A stretch of DNA of 64,000 nucleotides from the human T2T-CHM13v2.0 reference genome, Homo sapiens: assembly GCF_009914755.1 (NCBI RefSeq), contig NC_060934.1. One strand, 5' to 3'. This document shows positions 13,201 to 26,594 of this stretch, piece by piece. Position numbers and translations under genes: made by a program. Below the pieces are notes generated by a model. The model was not told the DNA's origin and did not search any database. It worked only from the letters and a program-made list of their open reading frames with translations. Numbering within the stretch: the stretch's first letter is position 1; every line of letters begins with the position of its first letter.

Positions 13201-16200
13201 AGGGAAATCTTCCCCTTCATCTTGGAAAACAGTGACAGGAGGAAAAAGGTCCTATGTTGACAGCAGTAACCTCTAGGTTTAAAGACTCTGCCCTAAGCAA
13301 GGTAAGTAAAATTGCCCATGTGAATGCATTGCCAGGGCTGTCCTGTGTATGGGAAGGGCTAACGTTAGTGTGCAAAGCATCCTCCTCCCCCTGCCCCTGG
13401 GAGTTCTACTGTAGATCAGGGCAGAAGGGATTCTTACTACGGATAAAAAAAAATTCCTGTTTCATAACAGCTTCGGACCCCATGTCTCTCCACCTCTACT
13501 CTGTGTGCTGGAGATGATCAAATGCACTCTCGCTACGCCATGTCCTCCAGATGGGGAGCTAGCCCAAAAGGGCCACACACTGGCATTCAAGGGAACTTGC
13601 TTTTTGGAAAGTGCTGTAGAGAGGCTTTGAGGTGTCTTAAAGTGCTTATGGTCATTCTGTCATTTCCCAAAAGTGCACAGCAGGAGAGAAGCTCCAAAGG
13701 CACCTGTGAGCGGTGCACGCCTCCGGACTGGGGCAGGTGTGCCCGGCGTGGCCTGAGCCCCCGAGTGTCCTGGGAGGATCAGGAGAACAAGGGAGGCAGC
13801 GCTAATGAGAATACAAGACTGACAGTGAAGACACAGTTTGCTTCCCTTTCACGGTGAGGAGACTCGACTTTGAACCCTGATAAATGTTGATGCCCTGCTT
13901 TTATCTGGTCTCAGCTGTGCTGCCGAAATAAAAAAAAAAATTCTTTCAACCAATGTCTTCTAAGAGTGGGGTTCCATTTTAATTAGTAGAAAGGCAAAAT
14001 GTCCCTTGCCATGTCAACGCATAATTTTCTTTGAGCTAAAGTAAAACAGGCTGCTGCCTACAACTAGGAAGAAAAATAAAATATAATAATAATTAAAAAA
14101 AAAAACCCATGCTTGAAAGCAGAGAGCAGAGTTGAAGCCCATTTGCTCTCCACACACCGCAGACACACCCCTGCCTGGCCTCCCCAGGCCTCCACAGCCC
14201 TCCCCACTCCTTACACTGTAGGTGATATACTTCCTGTTGCCCCTTTTATAAGCAATAAGAATTTAATAACTGAGGGCAACTCTATAGCAATATTTATATG
14301 GGTCAAGTGGCTTAAAAGTATGCAATAAATGTAAAGTTATGAACCACATTGCCCCTTTTTAAATAATGCAATGAGCACGGAGATATTATGTTTCATATTC
14401 TGGAAAAAGGTGTTTCGGGCTAAGCTCTTGGCGTACAGCAGACATGAAAAGTTATACTGAGCCCGTAACAGAGTCACTGCCTGCTTAATATGGTGTGTTA
14501 TGTAGAGCTCCTCATCCTAATCTCAACCCACAGCAAGAGGGTCCCAGATGGTATCAACAAAATCTCAGCTTCTCATTAGCAATCAGCAGATTCTCCTGGT
14601 GTCTGCTAGTTTCCAATCAAGGCGAGAGCCTCCACTCCTCATGTGAAGCCCAGTAGGATAATAGAAATAATGTTGCCTAATCAGTGGCGAGCACTTGAGA
14701 TCCCACATTCATAACGGGCTGGAGAGAATTTGGTGGAGTTGCCGTTCAGCATTTTCACAAGTTCCAGAAGCCCGGGAACACACAGGCACTAGGGTGGCAG
14801 GAGGCGAGACCTGAGGACACAAGGTCCCCATGAGGGACTGGATGCCCCACTCGCTCTGAAACCCTCTCGGGCCATGGTGGGAGGGGCTCCTTCCTTATTC
14901 GGATGTTTGTGGGAAGTTACATTTCCTGGGCAAGTCTGAACAACACGAGGCGCTGTGGGTCGCATTCTGGTGCAGGTTATGCCATCGCCAGTGATGATGG
15001 TGACTTCAAGCGGCGGCTGTTAGCTCTGCACAGGAATGGAATTGTGTCTGAGGCGGCCTGGATGGCACTGCCCAAGCCACCTGAGGGGCTTGACAGAATT
15101 TAGAGGAGCAGATGCAGGCCAATTCTTCCCAGTGCTGGCAGCCCGACATCACCTGTCCACTCAGCACCTCACCGGGCGGAGCCCCGGCTCATGCCGTCTA
15201 CTACCTCCTGGCTCAGTGCCTGTCCTCAGGGACAATGTGTCAGCCTGGGGGCTTCAGTGTCCGTTGCCACATCTGGCCACCCACCTGGATGGAAGCTGGC
15301 TGACAAGCACCACCATGCCTAAGTACAGGGCCACCCAGTGTTGACACGGGGGCGTCTGGCCCTGAGACGTACCCACTTACCAAGAAGTGCATTTGGAGCC
15401 TGTTGGTCCCAGCTCCCCTTCTTCAGCTGCGGTAGTCACCTGGGCCACACCTGTGCTGGGCCAAGGCTTGTCCCCCGGCTCTGCCCAGAGCACCTAGGCC
15501 TCAGCAGCCACCCCCAGCCTGAGGAGCGCAATGCCTGCAACAGAGAGACTTTTTTTGTGGTTACAGAGGAGAAAACAATCACAGCCAGGCTCCACCAGGA
15601 TAGGCGTCCCCTGGGCAGGCTTCAGTGTGGACACACTGGCCTACGATAGGACTGGAGGCAGGAGCCCCCCAGCAGGCTACACTCAGAGGCAGCCTTTCCC
15701 AGCCCCTCTCCAGACTTAATAGCAGACACCAGGCCAGTAGGGAAAGCAGAGGAGAGGCTCAGGGGGCCGGAAGAGCTCTCCGAGGGAGGCCTCTCCCTCT
15801 CACCTCCCAACAGGGACCAGCAGGCAGTCAGGGCAGGGCCAGCTCACGGCCCGTGTGGCCCCACCTCGGTGGGGCTGGAGTGTTGCTCCTCTGTCAGCCT
15901 TGCTGGCCTGGCTGTGAGGTCACAGCCCAGGGGTTCTGGAGGGGGTTTTGAGAATGGGCATGATTCCCGGGCCTGTGTGTCTGCTGTGTTGGTCATCTTC
16001 TCCGTGGTCAGCATAAGGACCACTGAGGCATGACTTGGACACTTTGTAGATTATTCACAGAAACAGCATTCATTCCCTCTCTGGTTCCCCTTTCATATTC
16101 AGCCCTGGCCTCTGTACTAGGGGAGAGAGCAGATCTGAGAAACAGTCTGAGCCTGGTATAACTAGGAAGGTGTCCGTGCTGACATGAATCCCGTGTTCAA

Positions 16201-16337
16201 TGTCCGTGTCTACCATACGTACCCTTTTATTATTCCTTGTTCTTCTTTTACCTGGGGCCCGCGCTGCTCTCAGGCCAACAGACTGCCTCTGTTCCTATGC
16301 AGAGCATGTAGACTTCCTGACTGCTAACTTCTCCATA

Positions 16338-16404
16338 GAAGGAAAGAAGGAAAAAAGGGAAGAAGGGAGGAGGGAGGGACGGAGGGAAGGGGAGAGGGAA
16401 GGAA
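16338..16404. repeat. GA/GGAG-rich purine tract
   Basis: gaaggaaagaaggaaaaaagggaagaagggaggagggagggacggagggaaggggagagggaaggaa. Confidence 0.8.
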
Positions 16405-17369
16405 CAGCATATAAGCTAAATTGCATTAGGTGTTTCAACAACATAACTCCATACTGAAGTTTTATTTTCGCAGATTGTCTGCAATTATTTCTGTGTTGTG
16501 GAAATGACAGCTCTGTTCCAGACTATTATTTTCTTAACGAGAGTTTGCAATACAGAGTAGAAATCAAGTGTTTAATTAAAAAGAAAAGTTCTGCATTTTC
16601 TTTTAGTAGGCAAAGGCAGGAAATACCTTATTTGAACTCAACATATTTCTTCAGGCAGAAACATCCTATGAGCTGCATGTAGACTTGAAAAATCTGAGAG
16701 TGCTAGGACTAGAAGGTTATCTACCCCTGGTACGTTCCCTCCCTTCCTATTATCTCCCTTGCTAATTAAGATCACTGAGCTTGTGACAGCATCTGCAATG
16801 GTGTGAAGACTGCACATCTAGAAATGCCTGTCCTTCAGAGAGAAGGGCCAGCCCAAGGCCAGCTCATGCCCTGCCATCTTGACCACCTTGTGAAGCCTTT
16901 TAGACTTGGTCTCTCCTCCTGACTCCCCTTCCTGCACACTCTTCTATTAGACACGTGACAAACACCTTCCCCATTTCACTGTGAGCACATTCAGGGCAGG
17001 GACCAAGGCACTCAGCAAATATGTGTTAAGTGAATGATGCGTAAGTCAGCAGAAGCTCCTAGATGTTCAGGGCATCAGGAAGGATACTTTCAGTCTTGCT
17101 TTGCTCTCACGGAAACCCTGAGAGGGTACCATGCGGTGATTTGACTGTAGTGCCGAGGAATCACGTTGAATTCTGAAGGGTGGCTTGGTGGAGGAGGGCT
17201 GAACATAGCAGAGGAGTTGCCACTCTGCAAATGCAGCTGAGATGATGGAGGCTGTTCCAGGAGGGAGGATCTGTGTCCACAATGGACCTGGACCAAAAGC
17301 GTGCTCAGGGCTGAAGTTGCACTTAGCTTGGACCCCATCCCAGCTCTCCTGCCCATTTGCCATTGGAAC

Positions 17370-17530
17370 CTAGGCCAGTCACTTCCTCAGAACCTCAGTT
17401 TCCTCATGTGTGAGATGTGGACAATAGTAGCTCCTACCATCGGGGTTATTGAAAAGATGAGTTGAGCTGAGGAATGGAAAGGACTCAGTGCACATCCTGT
17501 GCATTGGCAGTGCGCTATAAATATAATTCT
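17370..17530 (+). mobile_element. MIR SINE fragment
   Basis: MIR core: ggccagtcacttcctcagaacctcagtttcctcatgtgtgagatg...aatagtagctcctacc...ggttattgaaaagatgag. Confidence 0.75.
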
Positions 17531-17548
17531 CAGTTTATTCATTTAGCA

Positions 17549-17768
17549 CCAGGGTCGGCAAACTTTTTCTGAAAAGGACCAGATGGTAAATATCTTCAGC
17601 TTTGCAGGCCATATGGTCTCTGTTGCAACTACTCAACTATGCCATTGTGGTGTGAAAGCAGCCATAAATAATATGCAAATGACTGGGTGTGGCTGTGTGC
17701 CAATAAAACTTTATTTACAAAGACAGAGGGCCAGATTCGATGTGCACACTGTCATTTGCTAACTCCTG
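17549..17768 (+). mobile_element. MER58A (hAT-Charlie) non-autonomous DNA transposon
   Basis: cagggtcggcaaactttttctg... to ...tttgctaactcctg; 8-bp TSD atttag(c/t)a at 17541-17548 and 17769-17776. Confidence 0.85.
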
Positions 17769-19159
17769 ATTTAGTACGTTATTCCTACTACTACCACCCC
17801 CACCTCCTAGACACCAGTTTGGAAACTGTTTTGCCAGGGGCCCTGGGCTAGTCTTGGTCAGCATAAATCCTGCTGCCTGGGGCATTTTAACTGTTCGCAG
17901 AGATCAAGGTCCCATTAATCTGAAGACATTCCATTTTGTATCTAACTCAATTCAGTTTTACATGCACCATTGTGAAAGGAAAAAGCTTTGTCACTATTCA
18001 TGATATTGTTCGTGATACAGTAATGTTGCTGCCATTCACAGAGCTAGTCCGGGCTCTTCACCTGTGTCTCATTTCAGTCCTTTTTGAACCTTTGCTTGTC
18101 ATGAGCACAATGAAGGAAAAAGTCATGATTGGAGGAAGAATTGAAATAGCAGACAATTTTCAGGTCATTCTAGGAATATGATCTGTCTAACAGAACTATC
18201 AGATATTTTGTTTTTTAAAAATACTCTTACTGTAGTAATCTGTGTTCCTTCAAAAATCGAATTGATAGGCACTAAGCGAATCTTGGTTCTTCAATTAAAT
18301 TGAAGCGTCATTGTATAGATATTTTCTCATGAGTTTTTCAGTGAGCTAACTTGCGGTTGCTTTATTTTTAAGGAAACACAACAACATGTCCCAGCCCTAG
18401 CGCCGGATGGTGAATGGATGTGAGATGGTCAATACCTGTGTTCAGGTCAACAGTAAGTCATTGAGGCACTGAGTGTGAAACAGGATCAAATGTCCTCAGG
18501 GAAGGACCATGCAGTAAGACAGGGCGGCCATATGGGGAGCTCCAGGGTCCTAGGGAGGGACCCCAGAGGGAGCAATCCGATTGGAAGAGGAGTGGACTCT
18601 TGATGGAGATCTGCATAGGAGACACGCACGGCTTTCTTCAGCCCCACTTGTTTTCTGGAGTGGCCGTGGTGACAGAGGGGCTGATGGAGATTGGGGAACA
18701 CCGGGGTGCCCTAGTCCTGCCCCCTGCAGTGCCCCTTTCAGCGTCTTTACACAGAGAAAGAGTCTGGATAAGGGGAAACAGTTTCCCTGGTGTGATTCTT
18801 TCCAGAAGGGATGATGAGCACAGGGTTGAAGAAATGGCTTCCGCAGAGCAATGGAAAATTGTTGCATTATGGTGTGTGCAGAAAATCACAAGTATGGAGG
18901 ACGCAATGTACAGGGGCAGTGCGGGGCAGGACAGACTGAGATAAATGTGACAGCAATGGAACTGAGCTTTCTATTGGGAGTGATGGCTGTCCAGGCTAGA
19001 ATGGTGGATGGCAGGGCAAGGGGACCTGGCCACAGCTGAGTGGCTGGACCGAGCCAGTGCTCTGGGAAGAAGGGAGCTAGAGGGCAGCCTAGGAAACCAG
19101 CATGCTCCCATGATGGCGCCTGACACCTGCACGTGTCTTTCTGATCTCCACGGGGCTAC

Positions 19160-19422
19160 CCTCATTCAATCATTCAATAATCATTTATTAAGTCAATTGT
19201 TATGAGCTGGGCATGTGCTCCTCCTGGAAGATACAGAATTGGAATATGGACCCTGGCCTCAAGGGGTTCACAGTCTAGTGGGAAAGAAATGTTCGGTGAC
19301 TTATTTAGTCAACAAATTTTTATGGAGCACCTATTATGGGCCAGGGGCTTGGTGGGCACTGGGAATCCAGCTGTGAATCGCAAGTGTGATTCCTGCCCTC
19401 CCAGCTCTTGTCTGCTAGTGGG
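19160..19422 (-). mobile_element. Two tandem L2 3'-end fragments
   Basis: cattcaatcattcaataatcatttattaag...ttcacagtctagtggg, then ttagtcaacaaatttttatggagcacctattatgggccagg...ctagtggg. Confidence 0.65.
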
Positions 19423-19744
19423 AGGGCCCATCCTCTGCAGGGATCCATGCACTCCCTGTTCTGACACCTGCAGACTCTGGGCTCCACTCTTTGATTAAAG
19501 ACAGCTCAGGCCTCCATCCCTCATAGAGCTGGGAGGCCCCTGCTCTCTGGGCTGGGGTCTGGGGGCTCGTGTCCCTGTGGTTTTGGCAGAGTGTGGGGCC
19601 TCCACTCTGGCCCATCATGCTGGGCTCTGGGGTTGGCCTTGGTCACTGACTGTGCTTGCAGCCCATTGCTCTGGGCTCTGGAGAGTCCTTTACTTTCCCA
19701 AAGTGCCCCTCACAGGAGGCCCTTGTGTATGTAGACTTTATTAC

Positions 19745-19995
19745 TATTATTTTTAATTGACATAGAATAATTGCACATATTCGGGGGCACAGTGTGATTT
19801 TTCAGTACACGTATATAATGGGTAATAATCAAATAGGGTAATGAGTATATCCGTCACCCAAACGTTTATCACTTGTTTGTGTTGGAAACATTCAGAAGTC
19901 CTCTCTTGTGGCTATTTGAAAATATACAATGCCATGTTAACTGAGGTCACCCTGCAGTGCTGTGGCGCAGTAGAACCTGTTTCTCCTGCCTCACT
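19745..19995 (-). mobile_element. L1MA-type LINE 3' fragment
   Basis: tttttaattgacatagaataattgcacatatt...atccgtcaccc...ctatttgaaaatatacaat matches antisense L1MA 3' UTR. Confidence 0.75.
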
Positions 19996-20688
19996 GGAAT
20001 TTAGCCACCTCTCCCTCTTCCTTTCTTCTCTTACCCATCCTAGTATATTAAGACATTTGCTGAAGGTTTCATGCTGGAGGGGTGTCTCAGGAAACGCAAT
20101 GCAGGCACCCTCTCCTCAACTCCTGTCGACACTTCTTTCTAGTGTGGCCCAGGCCTGTCCCCATGCAGCCAGTCTCCCTAAGGCCCTGGAACTCTGGTGG
20201 AATTCACTTGGTTTCTCTCAGTTCCCTTTGTAGAAAGACCACAGTCAGAAGGACCAACATTACCCTGAATTAAGGGCACTGAAGCCCGGGGCTCTGGTTT
20301 GCCCTGAGATTCTGGTAGTTCCCTCCTCCCCCTCGGCCAAGGCTTTTATATCCTTAAGGGGCACTCGTTTGGCAAATGAGGATGCAGTGTCTGCTGTGCT
20401 CCAGGCAACACCCTGTCTTCCCTCCTTCCTGCAGAGAGTGTGACAATGCATCACTTGGTCAAAGATAGAAAGTGTCTTCCCTGTGTGGGCTCAGGCTGAT
20501 GGATCTCATGTGTGAGGGATGGGGGTCTGCATTCCCCTTTTGCTGGCATGAGTATCCTAGGTCATTGGAAGTGTCTTTGTGGCTGAGGATGGCTTTGCCG
20601 CTGCCCAGGTGTCATGGGTTTACCATCTCTGCTGGGATAAACTCCATCTTTGCACCTGCTGTGCCTGGCAGACTCCCAGGAGGGCAGG

Positions 20689-21038
20689 TGAGACATGGCT
20701 GTGTCCCCACCCAAATCTCATCTTGAATTCCCACATGTCGTGGGAGGGACCTGGTGGGAGGTGATTGAATCATGGGGGCAGGTGTTTCCTGTGCTGCCTG
20801 TGCTGTTCTTGTGATAGCGAATAAGTCTCATGAGATCTGATGGTTTTATAAGGGAGAGTTCCCTTGCACAGGCTCTCTTCTCTTGTCTGCCACCATGTGA
20901 AACATGCCTTTCACCTCCTGCCATGATTGTGAGGCCTCCCCAGACACGTGGAACTGTGAGTCCATTAAACTTCTCTCTTTTGTAAATTGCCCAGTCTCAG
21001 GTATGTCTTTATCAGCAGCATGAACACGGACTAACACA
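20689..21038 (+). mobile_element. THE1 (THE1C-like) MaLR solo LTR
   Basis: tggctgtgtccccacccaaatctcatcttgaattcccac ... gtatgtctttatcagcagcatgaacacggactaacaca; TG...CA ends. Confidence 0.92.
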
Positions 21039-21287
21039 CCATCTATTCAGCCAGCATTCACTGGACATCCCCTTGTGCCAGAAAATGGGCATTTGGCATG
21101 GCATCTGACGAATGAGGTGCCTGCCTTGGGAAGCTGACCACAAGAAGCCTGCATTTGCTGAAGGCCTTGTTATGGAGAGGCCCTGGTACAGGGACTTAGT
21201 TATTGCTCTTGATGGGTCAATTGTTGCTTGGTGTGTGTGGTTGTCTGAGGCTCACAACCAGGCCTGACTTCATGCAGCTGATGCTCG

Positions 21288-21370
21288 TGTTATCTCCCGT
21301 TTTCAGAAATGGGAACTGAGGCAAAAGAAGGTCACATCCCTTGCCCCAAGTCACATGTGGCTGACCCCAG
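21288..21370 (-). mobile_element. MIR fragment
   Basis: tatctcccgttttcagaaatgggaactgaggcaaaagaaggtcacatcccttgccccaagtcaca. Confidence 0.65.
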
Positions 21371-22518
21371 TTCCTTACTTCAGAACTTACCCTCGTAACT
21401 GCTGCACTGAATGTTTGCAGGAGCACCATGGGGATGTTACTGACTTTGCTCACAGTACTACCTTCGCTTATGGGAAGACAAAACTTTTCTCAAAAGCGTC
21501 TTTCCAATAGGTTGAGCATAGCGTGTTTTGGAGCTGTGGCCAGACTTCCACACTCAGGAGTGTGAGAGCCACCCCTGGAAAGATCCCAGCGCTCTGACTT
21601 TCTACCCAGGCCAGAAGTGGTACAGAGTTGGTGGATTGGAGGTTCTCCATTCAGAACTGGCCATGGTTATATTACCGGGGAAAGATTCAGGTGGTGTGGC
21701 CAGAGCCAGCAGCTGCATCACGGCACCCATTTTATCCACCCCTCCCCTCCTTTACTGCAGAACCCACCTGGAACAACCACCTAAAAGCTTCGTTGTGGAC
21801 AGATCGGTAGTCAACACGTTTGTGGACACATTGGTGGAGCACAGTTGAGCTCTGGAGCATGAGGGCTATGTTCCTTTTCTTGTAGATCTTAGCCTTTTGT
21901 CAAGAGCAAGTAAAACAGGTTTTGGCTAGGAATAATAATACTTTCTCCGAACTTCCTCTACCAGACATACAGACTTTGAAATGGTTCTCTTCCTAATCAT
22001 GGAAAATATTTTTAAATTTAAATGATCTCTGTGATGCTCCTGGTTACTATTTATTTGTTCCTTGTCTACACATCTATTATTATTAGGTTTTTTTTCTGTA
22101 GCATAATATGGTCAATAAAAGTGGTTTGTTTCCTTAAAAAAAAAAACAGAAAATAAAAAGCGTGTTGGCTTGAGGTGGTGCTTGGAACTGGAGCTGAGCT
22201 GGCTCTTCTCAAGGTGGCAGAGGGGAGGGTGTGAGTCTTGCATCAGACCTGGTTCCGTTTATTCTCTGCCATTAACCAGCCAAGCAAACTTGGGCGTGGT
22301 GAATTACTAAACAATAAATTTATCACATTTCCTCTCTCTGGGCCTTGGTCATATCTCCCAAGCCCTAGAAAATTCTCACTGTGTGAGGGCCAGGAACTGG
22401 ACTAGAAGATCCTTGGAAAACTTTCTCTGGCATGTGATTCTCCAAAAAGATGCATGGATGACATCTTGCCAGACCCTCCCTTAATTACATCTAGTGAATT
22501 CTTTCAACTTTCTCCTTT

Positions 22519-23007
22519 TGTTGCAGGGCAGGTGAACCCCAGAACAAGGGCTTAGCCCTGGAGGGTTCTTAGCTTCACCCAGAAAGAGATTCAAGGGCAA
22601 ACCAGCGGTGTTAGACAGCAATCTTTTATTAAATGGGAGCTGCTCCTTGCAGAGCAGAGCTAACTCATAGGTGGTGCACCCAGACCCACACTTCTGGGCT
22701 ATTGGCAACTGTACTTATACCTACTTTCAGTTACATGCAAGTTAAGGGGTGGGTTAATGTAAACTGAGGGGCAGGTTATTGAGAACTTTCTAGGAAAGGG
22801 GTGGTAACTTTTGGGTCATTGGGACAGTAGCTTCTGGGTTGTTGCCATGGCACCTGTGGACTGTCATGATGCTGGTGGGAGTGTCTTATGCTAATGAGCA
22901 ATGAGGGTAGCCAGGGATCACTTTCCTGGCCATCTGCTGGTTCCTGCTAGTTTTTTTACTTTATCCTGTCTGGACTGGGAAATAAGTCCTGGTGGTCTCC
23001 TACCTCA
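22519..23007 (-). mobile_element. ERV1-class solo LTR (LTR26-like; subfamily uncertain)
   Basis: TG...CA termini (tgttgcagg...tcctacctca), 4-bp TSD cttt at 22515-22518 and 23008-23011, antisense poly(A) signal tttatt at ~22626. Confidence 0.8.
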
Positions 23008-26000
23008 CTTTCAAAATTATGGTTATCCTTGTGACACAAAACAGGCATGGAAGAAAAACGTCATGGTCAGTCCCTTGTACAGAGCTCCACTGATGCCAGA
23101 GAAAGCTGAGAGCTAATCCTGAGGAAAAGAATTTGGGGCATTGTGGATTCGTGCCTGGGAGAGATGGGGGAGGTTCATGACCAAGGGTTAAGTTGCTCAT
23201 TTTGACAAAAGAGGGAAGCCATTGTATGTGTGGCTGGTGGGGTGGGGGCACACACCTGCACCTGCTATCCAGAAACCCCAGACTGATGGATTTTTATTTT
23301 GGAAGCATTGCATCAACCAGGAGAGAAGACCACTTGGGGGAGTGGGACCCTGAGCCGAGGTGATCCTTGGCCATGAGAGGTGAGACCCACTTTCTTAAAG
23401 AAGAGATGAGCGGGAGGATGTTAGAGAGGAGAGAGAAATGTCCATTATCAATGGAAGAGTAAGGGATGCCTTGCTATTCAGATTTCTAAGAGAAGTTTAG
23501 GGAGAACAAAATGGTTATACAAGTGGTAAAAGATCAAGCTCAGAACCTGTGGGTGGTTTACATTTGCCAATTTCTCAGCTTCTTGATTGTGTAAGGACAA
23601 CTTTACAAAATATTACGTGCAACTCAGAGCTTTCAAGATATCAGTTATATTCTTACTGCCTAAGATACCATCTTTAAAAAGGAACTTCTAACAGCCTGAG
23701 AAGGCTGAGCCAGCATGGGGGCATGCAGCGAGTTCCACACACAGACACAGCTTTTGAGGCTGGAACACCTTCTGAGCTGCGCCGTCATTTTAATTTTTTT
23801 TTTCATCGAGCCTAAAATGTGATCATTAGTAAGACACTGATGTATCCCTAAATTTGTTCTACTTCACAAGGCTCCTTCCCAACTAATTTAGAACAAAACT
23901 TGTTCGACATTTGCTCTGTACTTGGGTTCACAAATGTCATTTTTGTCCAAAGGAGCCCACAAAACACTGAAACAAACTCTATTTACACAAATATCTTCAG
24001 ACTTGATAAACAGCTACTGCCCAGAGCAGGGCTGGTGGAGTAGTGGTTGAGTCCAAGACCCTAGAACGGCCAATGGAGCTATGGGAATGGGGCTGTCTTA
24101 AGTCAGGAGGAGCTGCCCTGTCCCCCAGTGAGGCTGCTAGGGGCTTCTTCCCGTCCTCATCCTCAGTGTAGACAGACCCTCAGCTGGAGAAAATGGTGAC
24201 ATCCTGGAACCACAAGAAAAGGTATCTGGCCAGAGCGACTGTGGGTGATCAGGTGGGATTGCTCTGAGTCCACTGACTCTGAAGTGGCTGCAGTGGCGAC
24301 AGGAACAGTCCCATAAGCAAAACAAACATTCTTAAGAATGCTAATATGTTGGTTCTGGCCACGGGAAATGTGACCTTCTGCAGATAGAAAGGGATGTCTG
24401 GATGCATTGTGATCTGTACGTCTCAGTAATGGTGGGCAGCAACACCACACCAGAGGTCTCTGAAGCCTGTGGAGTCGAACACGCTCATTCTTCTCAACCC
24501 CTGGAGACCGGGAGCCCAGAACTAGAAGACCGCTGTCCTGCAGGAGGAATTAGAGGCAGCATTGGGTTGTCAGAGAGGCTTCTGTCTGGCATTTTGTGCA
24601 ATTGCATTGTCAGAGCTCAGCACCGGGTGCCTCCCTCTGCTTTATACACACCTGCTTGACACACACAATTGGATGCTCACAGTGAGGGAAGCGTCCCTGG
24701 AGAAGGCAGCCTCCTCAGTCACAGGATGACCTAAGGCAAGGATGGACCTCTTTCAGCCCGACTTCCTTTTGCTTTTGGTTTTGAAGGAAGCATTTTTACT
24801 ACTTAGTAATGTTTGAGCAAAGTGTTTTGTGAAGGAGACCAAACACAGTCTTTGGTGCAAGGATATGATGAAGGTTCCCAAATAAAAATGCACAGGCCCC
24901 TCGTGATGCAGGTCCCTAAGTGCCAGCTGTCATTCTCCACCCACCTGCCGTCTTAAAACTAACCTTTCTGTCACCTCTGCGTGTCTCCTCCCTTGTCCTG
25001 TTTTGCAGAACCAAGCTGAGTCAGTGTTTCAAGCAGGGGTGACATGTTAACAGCTTAATAATAGTATAATCTCACCAATAATAATATGCTGTCACCCTGT
25101 CTGAAGCACAATGTTTACAGGAGACGTGGTAATGTATGATGACAGTAATTTGAATAAAAATGAATTTACTGCTCTTGTCTCATTTGCAGTAAATTTTCAC
25201 ATCTTTCATGCACAACTGCTGCTCTATGACCTCTCTCATCATTGTGTTTGTGGCGGTGGTGGTGGCTGGCTTTAAAGTGAAAGGCGGGCAAATGAAACAG
25301 AAGCCTGCAGCTAATAACCGATCTCCAGAAAGGAGTTCACACTGTAGCTTCTAGAAAAATCTTTCTTCGCTTGTTTACCAAGATGAAGCCGCATGGGCTG
25401 GGCTGTTTAATTAATACAAGCTGGAGGTGCCGACTGGGGAGGGGATGTGGACACATAGGATTGTAGATTGACAATTACAGAACAATTGCCATTAAAACAC
25501 GTTGGGGATGGCAGGTGCTTGAAATACAGGGGGCCCTCGGTAATGCGGTGGACTCAGTCAGTTTCAGGGAGTGGCCTTCTGCCCATCAGATCACTTGGTA
25601 CCTTCGGGTTTTTGCCCCCTCTAGGGGATCTCTACTTTCCTGCGGCAGCTACGGCTTCAAACATGCACCCCTCAGGATGCTCCTTCCTCCCACCCCACCC
25701 CCGCAACACAGGCAATGTCTTCAGAAAGGCAGATCCCAGCCTGTGGTCACCCTGGGTGTGTGCGCCAGGACACCATTTGCAAAGACTCGTCGCAGGAGGC
25801 CCCTGGCTGCCTGGTACTGCTGCATTCTTTGTGGCAAAAAATTAATATGTGAATAATTGGTCTCAAATGAAGCTGTGAGTAAATTATGTTAAGTGTGGAG
25901 AGGAGAAAGTTATGACATCCTGCTGACACGCTTGTACTGGATATAATTTGATGGAATGAGGACAACAAATTAGAATTTGCTGAAACTTAAACAGGGACAG

Positions 26001-26278
26001 AGAAGTGGTTCTAAAAACACGCCGAGCTTCAGACATGCACAGTGGACGGGCTGGCAAAGGGGATGAGATGCTGCTGGTCTTGATGGGCCTGGGGATAAAC
26101 ATGGGCTGGGCTGTGGATGCTGAGGGATTGCAGCTGCATTGCTACCTACAATGCAGAACACAAAGGCACCCATGTAAGACGTTCTATGAGCAGAGTAATG
26201 AAGGCAAGGACTTACCACATACACACAAAGAGCATCAGAGTTAATGGCACAGGATCTGGAAATGGAACATGAAGTTAA

Positions 26279-26594
<316 letters not shown>

